A DNA stretch of 32,000 nt, from NCBI GenBank assembly GCA_943370025.1, contig CALRPI020000018.1:561-32560 (forward strand), in the 5' to 3' direction. The DNA comes from Phormidium lacuna HE10JO (GTDB lineage Bacteria > Cyanobacteriota > Cyanobacteriia > Cyanobacteriales > JAAUUE01). Made by a program: the position numbers and the translations under genes. Within the stretch, counting starts at the first letter, position 1, and each line of letters begins with the position of its first letter. Positions 16,850 to 23,581 of the stretch are shown here, piece by piece. Under the pieces are notes generated by a model. The model was not told the origin of the DNA. It saw only the letters and a program-made list of their open reading frames with translations, and searched no databases.

Positions 16850-17158
16850 TTAGACCGTCGCTACCCGACTATTTAACCACCGCTGAAACGATTTTTGACT
16901 TTCTCCCGATGGTTGCCCAAGAATCAGGTTTTTGAGGCTAATATCTTCATCAAGCTGATTCCAATGGATTCCGCTATCGCCAGCAATGAAGCGATAGTCG
17001 TTACGTTCTTCTACTGAGCCATGCAAGAGGCTAGGATACCATGCTAATGGCACAGATATGGTACGCCCATCAGATAAATCCATAGAGATGGTATCATCAG
17101 TGACGGTCACTTGCTGAATTTTGGCTATTTCAAGCAGTTCAATCGTTAAAGAATTCAT
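16850..17158 (-). CDS. DUF2442 domain protein
   Basis: The pattern ISVPLAWYPSLLHGSVEERNDYRFIAGDSGIHWNQLDEDISLKNLILG matches the DUF2442 pattern (W-P-L...R...I...G..I.W..LD.DIS), from memory. Confidence 0.75.
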   Translation of the reverse strand: MNSLTIELLEIAKIQQVTVTDDTISMDLSDGRTISVPLAWYPSLLHGSVEERNDYRFIAGDSGIHWNQLDEDISLKNLILGQPSGESQKSFQRWLNSRVATV

Positions 17159-17300
17159 TCCAGCCTACTAGTAATTGCTCTTGATGTTCTTCAACAAGTT
17201 TTTGAATGCGGTTAATATCTCTGCGACTAAACCCTCTATTACTTTGAAGACGGATTGGGTTCAAGTCACCGATTGGCTCCTTCTGTCGGAGGACAATAAG
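17139..17300 (-). pseudogene. 3' fragment of a DUF4160-like gene (usual partner of DUF2442) abutting the IS element
   Basis: The open frame reads LIVLRQKEPIGDLNPIRLQSNRGFSRRDINRIQKLVEEHQEQLLVGWNEFFND*. It has no start codon. It overlaps the DUF2442 start by about 20 nt, as in intact pairs. The C-terminal pattern GF..R.I.RIQ.LV.E....LL..WNE.F is family-typical, from memory. Confidence 0.55.
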
Positions 17301-17313
17301 ATTGGGTCGTGCC

Positions 17314-17814
17314 TCAGATAATGGTTGGATAGGTGATTACATCATGCCATGTCCAGGGCTGTAATGCTAATCCTGCTCGCTGGGCTGCTGTTGTCTTAAA
17401 CCGACTATGCCGCCAAATCCAGTTAAAGTAATTCACTACTAATCGAGCCGTCACCTTCGTTTGCTCCCATACTTTGCCAAACTTGTTCTGCCTACGATGC
17501 CAACGCCCAGTTTGCTGCCTGACAATGCCGTTAGTTCGCTCTAATCTTTGCGTCTTGTCTTTGCCGATGTAGTGGAGAATTTCAGGCGGTAAGACCCGTT
17601 CGTAACCTCCCCAATCATCGCTATTCCATTGCTTGCACTCTGTCTTTCCTTCCGTACTGACCACCAACTCCTCAATCAACTCATCGGTATGTTTGCCAAC
17701 TCTTGCAGCTAAAATCAATCCACTGGAATTCGCCAAACTCACCCCAATCCAGCAATCCCCCACCTCTAATTCTCCTGGGAGACATTGCTTTTGTTTTTTT
17801 CCACAAATGACCAC
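17314..17814 (-). CDS. IS1-family transposase, catalytic (InsB-like) frame, expressed by -1 frameshift from the InsA frame
   Basis: DDE-type motifs are present: DELWSFV (in the upstream frame), NSDDWGGY and RLERTNGIVRQ. The frames overlap at GAAAAAAAC, seen as a T7 run at 17794-17800 on the plus strand. Confidence 0.8.
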   Translation of the reverse strand: MVICGKKQKQCLPGELEVGDCWIGVSLANSSGLILAARVGKHTDELIEELVVSTEGKTECKQWNSDDWGGYERVLPPEILHYIGKDKTQRLERTNGIVRQQTGRWHRRQNKFGKVWEQTKVTARLVVNYFNWIWRHSRFKTTAAQRAGLALQPWTWHDVITYPTII

Positions 17815-18143
17815 AATTCATCCGCACTCACTTCTTCTGTTTGTACCGCTTGCATCTGAGCATTATGAACGAGTTGAGCTTGCTGACTGGCGGCACGAAT
17901 AAGGCTCACCACCGTATTATAGGCAAGCCCACTGGTGCGGCTAATACCTCGCAGACTGCTGCCCTCACTATGAGCCTGTAAAACTTGCCGGATTTGTTCT
18001 TCACTTACATGGCGGTGATAATACATTGTGTCAAACCGTTCATTGAACGTTTGCTGGCAATGGGGGCTGAAGTAGCGTTGGCTTCCGTTCGGGGCTTTGC
18101 CGTGTTTATGAGTGCTAAGATAACCACAGAGCTTACATTCCAT
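17766..18143 (-). CDS. IS1-family InsA-like DNA-binding protein (zinc-finger/HTH)
   Basis: It has an N-terminal C-x2-C and an HTH region (SLRGISRTSGLAYNTVVSLI). The second zinc-finger half is degenerate (SPHC). It ends just after the slippery site. Confidence 0.8.
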   Translation of the reverse strand: MECKLCGYLSTHKHGKAPNGSQRYFSPHCQQTFNERFDTMYYHRHVSEEQIRQVLQAHSEGSSLRGISRTSGLAYNTVVSLIRAASQQAQLVHNAQMQAVQTEEVSADELWSFVEKNKSNVSQEN

Positions 18144-18474
18144 AGATTCAACCTGTGATTCGTTGATACTCTATCTTATCAGACCCACCTCTTTTTGATG
18201 CATGACCAACTGCATTAAGCGATCGGGCGTGACAGGCGGATGGCTGGTTCCTATATCTTGCTGCATCGACTTTGCTCCTTTAGTTTTACCACTTCAATTT
18301 TACGGCATTATTCCTATACTATAACTGCTCCACCCTTGGGTGCTTTCGGACTTAGCGATCGATCCAAAGTGCAAGTGCAAAGGCTTTGTATGCAGCCAGC
18401 TAACGACTCAAATCAGCAGTGGCAGATAATCTTTGAAACCCTCATAACGGCTTTCATCCACTGCATTTGAATTG

Positions 18475-19803
18475 TCATGTGTTTAGTAAAGTCAATTGTT
18501 TTGGCTGAAATGGCTCGTCAGATACTAAAGAATTCACGCTTAGATCAACTTTTGCATCAATACTGTTTAATAAAGCAACCATACTGCGACCAACCGCAAA
18601 AGCCAAATTCACAGGTACAGCATTACCAATTTGCTTATATTGACTACTCACAGAACCTGAAAACAGCCATTCATCTGGAAATGTCTGCACCCTAGCATAC
18701 TCCCTAATTTTTAAGGGTCTTGTCTCTTCTGGATGACATCTTTCTGTTTGTTTCTGAGCAGGAGAACAGGTGAGAGTTAAACTTGGCTCATCCCATGAAA
18801 GCCGACGTGCCATCCCAGTTTTCCCTCCACCTAAAAAATAACTACCTTGCATGTATTCTCTTTGAAGATCATCAGGTAAATCTCTCCAGTAACCACCCGG
18901 AGGAACAAAAGATAATATTTCTCTTTTCCTTTTTGGATAAGTCTGTCCCTCTGATGAGGGCACATCAGTATCATACAATTCACCAGATTTTAAAGCATCT
19001 TTTAAAGTTAATATTTTGTAATACTTTGATGGCCATTTAAATGTTGAAAATCGAACTAAATCGTTTCTAATCCCAACCAGAAATAAACGTTCTCTTTTTT
19101 GAGGCACGTGGTAAAATAATGCTTTTAAAACCTTTGGCTCAATCAGCGTATATCCTAAATCCGAAATGATAGACCTGATCACGGATAAAGTTTTTCCATC
19201 ATCATGATTTAGTAAACCACGTACATTTTCCCCAAGAAAAACTTTTGGCCTAACTGTTTTTATGGCTCTAGAAAATTCAAAAAACAATGTGCCTCTAGTA
19301 TCTTCAAACCCTAATTTCTCACCTGCATAAGAAAATGCCTGACAAGGAAATCCACCAGAAATAAGGTCGATATCATTAAATTCCGTAAAGTCCACATTTT
19401 TTATATCACCTTGAATGACATTCCATCTAGGTCGATTAGTCCGCAAAGTCTTACAGGCATCTTTATCAATTTCACTCAGGGCAACAGCACTAAATCCAGC
19501 TTTCTCTAGCCCCAGAGCAAGCCCACCTGCACCTGCAAAAAGTTCGATAGATGAAAATCCTCTTACAGCTTTTATATTTAGCTCTTGATTCCAATCGGTC
19601 TTAATCATATCTCTTACTTCTTCAAACTGAATTAGTTGAGATATTGTATATTCTTTTTTATTTGTAACTGGATTTTGTACAGAAATCAGCTTCCCACTTT
19701 TTTCCCACTTCAATAATGTAGCTTTGGAGACGGAGACTATATCTGCGAGTAATTCTGCTGAAATTGTCATTTTATCAAACATTGAAATCTTCAAATCCTT
19801 CAT
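18475..19803 (-). CDS. DNA (cytosine-5)-methyltransferase with an N-terminal MerR/excisionase-type HTH extension
   Basis: C5-MTase motifs are present: I FAGAGG, IV GGFPCQAFS, VI GENVRGL, VIII QKRERLFLVG and X GNAVPVNLA. About 80 aa of N-terminal HTH precede them (ISAELLADIVSVSKATLLKWEKSGKL). Alternative starts lie at 19782 and 19770. Confidence 0.92.
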   Translation of the reverse strand: MKDLKISMFDKMTISAELLADIVSVSKATLLKWEKSGKLISVQNPVTNKKEYTISQLIQFEEVRDMIKTDWNQELNIKAVRGFSSIELFAGAGGLALGLEKAGFSAVALSEIDKDACKTLRTNRPRWNVIQGDIKNVDFTEFNDIDLISGGFPCQAFSYAGEKLGFEDTRGTLFFEFSRAIKTVRPKVFLGENVRGLLNHDDGKTLSVIRSIISDLGYTLIEPKVLKALFYHVPQKRERLFLVGIRNDLVRFSTFKWPSKYYKILTLKDALKSGELYDTDVPSSEGQTYPKRKREILSFVPPGGYWRDLPDDLQREYMQGSYFLGGGKTGMARRLSWDEPSLTLTCSPAQKQTERCHPEETRPLKIREYARVQTFPDEWLFSGSVSSQYKQIGNAVPVNLAFAVGRSMVALLNSIDAKVDLSVNSLVSDEPFQPKQLTLLNT

Positions 19804-20644
19804 AGTTCTTGAAAGAAAGTAAGTAAATACTTTTCAATAAATTAGGATCAATATCCTTTAGTTCTCTAAATACAGAGTTTGACTCTGCTTCAATATCACT
19901 GCTATCTACAATATCTTGGATTATCAAAGGCAATTTTTCGCATAGTTTCTTGAATGCAAACTTGCTGCCGGTCACTAATTCATAAAACCTATCAATAGAA
20001 ACGCGACGTATTCTTTCATTTGATACACTTTGGCCGTCTAAGCTCACCCTCCACACGATATTTTGGCTTCTTTTCGCAATCACTTCTACCAGCATACATG
20101 TTGCCTGTGGATTTGACAGCAAGGTATTTTGCATTCTCATGTAAGTCTTTTGGGCAGATGATGAATTCATGGTGTTATGTTTGTTTTTTATCTCAACATA
20201 ATACATAAGCGCGGTATTTACTACGTCATATCCTTGCGCTGGTACTATCCATTCATCACTCAGGTATCGAAAGATATTTTGATGAAAATAGCCGATGTGA
20301 TTTGTGTTAGATTTATCTATTTGCCTAAGAACTTCACTCTCTATCACAAATTCGATGCTCTTACGATAAACTTTTGCATCGAATGTCAATTTAATTGGGT
20401 CTAATAAATTCTTATTGAACTCAGCTAAGTCAATGCGAAATCTGTATTTCCTTACAGTCTCTTTGACATGATGATAGATATTTTCGTTACTTATAAAGCC
20501 AAGATTATAATCTCTCATCTTTCCTTTTGGATACAATTGATCTTGCACCTGAATTTTGACAAATAAATATGGATTAGACGGAGATTTTTTGTCTAATCTG
20601 ACCACAAGGTATATAGTCTGAATGTCAAGTTTCTGACTAATCAC
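19775..20644 (-). CDS. Candidate type II restriction endonuclease partner of the C5 methyltransferase
   Basis: It lies directly upstream of the MTase gene and overlaps or abuts it. A PD-(D/E)xK-like arrangement, GYD...VEIKNK, is present. The stretch EIKNKHNTMN reminds me of Eco47II/Sau96I-type enzymes, but this is unverified. Confidence 0.55.
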   Translation of the reverse strand: MISQKLDIQTIYLVVRLDKKSPSNPYLFVKIQVQDQLYPKGKMRDYNLGFISNENIYHHVKETVRKYRFRIDLAEFNKNLLDPIKLTFDAKVYRKSIEFVIESEVLRQIDKSNTNHIGYFHQNIFRYLSDEWIVPAQGYDVVNTALMYYVEIKNKHNTMNSSSAQKTYMRMQNTLLSNPQATCMLVEVIAKRSQNIVWRVSLDGQSVSNERIRRVSIDRFYELVTGSKFAFKKLCEKLPLIIQDIVDSSDIEAESNSVFRELKDIDPNLLKSIYLLSFKNYEGFEDFNV

Positions 20645-20859
20645 CCGATGGAAGATATTATACGAAAAAATTCTGCTTAATATCCCATTTTGGGGTAGCT
20701 AGAAGGGATTTCTCTGCTTAATCATCTATTTGAAGGGTTAGCCCGACGGCAGCAGGTATTATTTAACGCGAGTCTCCAACAGTACGTTCTGCTACAAAGT
20801 GGGGAAACTAAATTCGGTAGATTCAACTACACCCTATTTGTAATTTGGCTAATGAATTA

Positions 20860-21786
20860 ATGCGAATTGAGCAGTTACAGGCTTTTTTGGCGGTGGCAGA
20901 AACTGGGAGTTTTCAAAAGGCAGCACAACAGTGCCAAGTAACCCAATCGACTATTAGCAGACAAGTTCAAGCATTGGAAACAGAACTGGGGCTGCCCTTG
21001 TTTCATCGAAGTAATTATTCTAAACCCACGATCGCTGGCGATCGCCTCCTCCGCTATGCCCGGAAAATTTGCCAAGACTGGCGTAATGCTACCCAAGAAT
21101 TGTTGGAACTCCGGGAGGGTAAGCAGCCAGAATTGTGTGTGGCAGCGATTCATTCTGTGTGTGCCTACCACCTGCCCAAAGTGTTACAAATGTTTTGTGC
21201 CGATTATCCCCAAGTGCAGTTACGGGTGACAGCTTTGGGAAGCGATCGAGCTTTGAAGGTTCTTAAGGATGGGCTGGTGGATCTGGCGATCGTCATGCAT
21301 AATCGCTACCTGACCAACAATGCAGAAGTGGTGGTGGAAAAGCTGTTTGATGAGCCGATCGAAGTTTTGATGGCGGCGGATCACCCCTTAGCAAAATCTC
21401 AGCTAGTGTCTTGGGCAGAAATTGCCCCCTATCCCCAAGTAGTTTTTAAGCACGGCTACGGAATGCAGCGGATTATTCAAGAGCAGTTTTCTTTACTGGG
21501 AGTTAGTCTCCATGCCGCCTTGGAACTAAACACCCCCGATGCCTTTCGAGGAGTAGTCCGCCAGAGCAAAATGATTGCCCTGTTGCCCCGATCGGCAATG
21601 TTAGAGGCTCTGGACGACCCAACCCTGGCAGTGCGATCGATCATCACGGAACCGATAAAAAATCTTCAAGCCATCCCCTTTAGCCGTCAAGTTGTCTTAG
21701 TCACCACGAGCGATCGCCTAGAAATTCCCCCCATCCAACATTTCCATCAACTAGTCAAGCAACACCTTGGGACAGTTATCAGTTAA
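20860..21786 (+). CDS. LysR family transcriptional regulator
   Basis: The N-terminal LysR HTH reads MRIEQLQAFLAVAETGSFQKAAQQCQVTQSTISRQVQALETELGLPLFHR. The track ORF starts at a TTG at 20845, but the ATG at 20860 is preferred. Confidence 0.9.
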   Translation: MRIEQLQAFLAVAETGSFQKAAQQCQVTQSTISRQVQALETELGLPLFHRSNYSKPTIAGDRLLRYARKICQDWRNATQELLELREGKQPELCVAAIHSVCAYHLPKVLQMFCADYPQVQLRVTALGSDRALKVLKDGLVDLAIVMHNRYLTNNAEVVVEKLFDEPIEVLMAADHPLAKSQLVSWAEIAPYPQVVFKHGYGMQRIIQEQFSLLGVSLHAALELNTPDAFRGVVRQSKMIALLPRSAMLEALDDPTLAVRSIITEPIKNLQAIPFSRQVVLVTTSDRLEIPPIQHFHQLVKQHLGTVIS

Positions 21787-21892
21787 CAGTTATCAGTTAC
21801 TTGTGCTGAGCTTGTCGAAGCATCAGTTCTCAGTTATCAGTTGGGAACTCTCCATAAGCATTTATCATTGTTTACTGTTTACTGTTCACTGA
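21773..21892. repeat. Heptamer arrays between the convergent LysR and GNAT genes
   Basis: The arrays are CAGTTAT/CAGTTAA/CAGTTAT/CAGTTAC (21773-21800), CAGTTCT/CAGTTAT/CAGTTGG (21824-21844) and an oppositely oriented TGTTTAC/TGTTTAC/TGTTCAC (21869-21892). The first array contains the LysR stop codon. The same heptamer family occurs in the urtB-urtC spacer. Confidence 0.6.
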
Positions 21893-21893
21893 T

Positions 21894-22325
21894 TTAAAGT
21901 TTGAGGGCGAAATGATAACAGGTAATTTCTAGACGCTGGCGAAAGTAGAAACGATGGGCTGCAAAGCGCTGAACGCCCGAATCTAGATGAAACTCTTGGC
22001 AGTTTTGGGTTTTGGCATAGTTCATTAACCATTGCAAAATTTCTTCGCCGTAACCTTGGGAGCGATCGCTCTCCTGAGTAATCAAATCATCCACATACAG
22101 GAACTTCCCAAAAGATAGAGACTCAGAGATCCGAAATCCCGCCACAGCCTTAACCTGCTCTACTCCCGTATTTTCGATAGCTAAAAAAGCTAGTTGATAG
22201 CCTCCCTGCTGTTGCCTGCGGACTTTTGCTACAAATTCCTCAGGGTGTAAATGGGGACGGAGTTGCTGCATCACTGGGAAACAGGCACTAATTTCTTGAT
22301 CGCTCTGGGCAAGTTGTATTGGCAT
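21894..22325 (-). CDS. GNAT family N-acetyltransferase
   Basis: It has the acetyl-CoA-binding motif (QESDRSQGYGEEILQWL). I place the start at the ATG at 22325 (MPIQLAQSD...). The longer track ORF would overlap the upstream gene by about 100 nt. Confidence 0.85.
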   Translation of the reverse strand: MPIQLAQSDQEISACFPVMQQLRPHLHPEEFVAKVRRQQQGGYQLAFLAIENTGVEQVKAVAGFRISESLSFGKFLYVDDLITQESDRSQGYGEEILQWLMNYAKTQNCQEFHLDSGVQRFAAHRFYFRQRLEITCYHFALKL

Positions 22326-22327
22326 GA

Positions 22328-23200
22328 TTAGGATTGAGCTATGTATTCTAGACATTTTTGCATTTGCTGCACCATGGTAGCTCGATCGCCATGAAATCTC
22401 CTGCCGTGACCGGGAAGTACCCACTCAAAATCATAGGCGGCTAACTTTGCCATAGATTTTCCCAGCTCTGCCCAGGAATACCAGCAGGCATCCCGAAAGG
22501 CATAGAGTTGTTGTAGTCGTTCTGAATATGCTAAATGATCGCCTGAAAATAGAAATTTATTTCGGTAAAGCAGTACCGTATGTCCCTTGGTGTGACCGGG
22601 GACGGGAATGATTAATAAATCTGGGGCTAACTCGTAGGGGTCTGTACCTTGGAGTTTAATTTCGACTGCTTGGGTTCCAGAGGTAATATCATCTTGGTGC
22701 AGGAGGCGATCGCATTGGAAATGCTCATGAAATTTGGCATGATCCGCCACATCATCCCGGTGAGTCAGATAAAGATAACGCACCCCACCCAAAGCTTCTA
22801 GACGCTTGACCAAGGGCGGTGCAAACCGGGGCGAATCTACTAAAATATTCCCCTCTGGTCGCTGAATAAAATAGCTGGCTGCTCCAAAGGAATTTTCGGC
22901 ATGGTAGCCACAGTGATAGACATTTTCGGCAACTAATAGGGGAAATTGAGCCTGAACATCTTTGATATCTTGAGGTTTTTCTACCGTGCCGATCGAAGCT
23001 GTGGGGCAGGAGAGGAGAGCTTGCATTGCCCGATGCCGGCTAGCAGTATCCGTGGGTTGTTGATATACCGCCGATTGTCCCTGCTGGCGATCGAACACTT
23101 CCGCCGCCATCCACCGACAAGTATCACAATCAATGCAGGTACTATCAACAAAAAAATCACCACTAATATTCTCAGCTCGGCGCTGTTGGAGTTTTGCCAT
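22328..23200 (-). CDS. MBL-fold metallo-hydrolase with an N-terminal ferredoxin-like Cys cluster
   Basis: The N-terminus reads FFVDSTCIDCDTCRWMA. MBL-type motifs are LTHRDDVADH and PVPGHTKGH...SGDH. The gene ends 2 nt before the GNAT start. Confidence 0.8.
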   Translation of the reverse strand: MAKLQQRRAENISGDFFVDSTCIDCDTCRWMAAEVFDRQQGQSAVYQQPTDTASRHRAMQALLSCPTASIGTVEKPQDIKDVQAQFPLLVAENVYHCGYHAENSFGAASYFIQRPEGNILVDSPRFAPPLVKRLEALGGVRYLYLTHRDDVADHAKFHEHFQCDRLLHQDDITSGTQAVEIKLQGTDPYELAPDLLIIPVPGHTKGHTVLLYRNKFLFSGDHLAYSERLQQLYAFRDACWYSWAELGKSMAKLAAYDFEWVLPGHGRRFHGDRATMVQQMQKCLEYIAQS

Positions 23201-23311
23201 AGTTTTGCAGAGAGTTTCTGGGGGAATCAGTCTTCAAATGCTAGCGCAAAAGGTTGCTTTCTAGCCACAGCCAGAAAACTCTAGAGCTATAGCCATCGCC
23301 AAGCAGGTTAT

Positions 23312-23348
23312 GTTGTGGGAACCCTTACAGAGCAGGGGTTCCCACAAC
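23312..23348. other. 13-bp perfect stem-loop GTTGTGGGAACCC-(11 nt)-GGGTTCCCACAAC
   Basis: The arms are exactly complementary. It lies in the spacer between the S8 peptidase gene end (23582) and the MBL gene start (23200). It lacks a U-tract, so a terminator role is uncertain. Confidence 0.4.
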
Positions 23349-23581
23349 CAAAATCATCTCAACCTCCCTAGCGGTTGCTATATTTATAACTCGGATTTTA
23401 TAGATGAATTCAGTTAGGGGCAATCGAGGCAGGAGGGTCGGAGGCGGAAGAGGACGATCGCAGTGAGGTAGAGGAGGGCAAAGGGGAGGGCAAAAATTCC
23501 GAGGAGGGCGCAAAAGGTAAGATAGAAATAACTGCTTTGGGCAAATTTAATTATTTTTTCATCAATTTAGAAAAAAGTGGA

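Larger units (their letters stand above)
17303..18187 (-). mobile_element. IS1-family insertion sequence (boundaries approximate)
   Basis: InsA-like and InsB-like ORFs are linked by an A7 slippery run. Both ends read TGGGTC inward (17303-17308 and 18182-18187), but the longer terminal inverted repeats are weak. I could not find a target-site duplication. Confidence 0.7.

Noticed and set aside
17290-18200. A target-site duplication and clean terminal inverted repeats for the IS1-family element.
   Set aside because: Only 6-7-nt matches are seen at the ends (TGGGTC, or alternatively ATAAGAT). The flanks (…CAATAAGAT and CCTCTTTTT…) do not repeat. The boundaries are therefore reported as approximate.
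18240-18470. A 76-aa plus-strand ORF between the IS element and the methyltransferase gene.
   Set aside because: It has no recognisable motifs. It overlaps the better-supported minus-strand SD+ATG fragment at 18266. It is probably spurious.
15185-20850. A classical integrase- or tRNA-bounded genomic island.
   Set aside because: I can find no integrase or recombinase gene and no tRNA or tmRNA. The only direct repeat I found (the ilvA 3' end) brackets just the brnTA cassette, not the whole patch.
21894-22424. The long form of the GNAT ORF (176 aa, starting at 22424).
   Set aside because: The extra 33 codons overlap the 3' end of the MBL gene in another frame and look non-native (MGTSRSRQEISWRSS...). 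The ATG at 22325, 2 nt after the MBL stop, gives a standard GNAT N-terminus.
23325-23513. A 62-aa proline-rich ORF (MRPPRNFCPPLCPPLPHCDRPLPPP...).
   Set aside because: Its composition is simply the complement of a purine-only repeat tract. I see no RBS and no family resemblance. I treat the tract as a non-coding feature.
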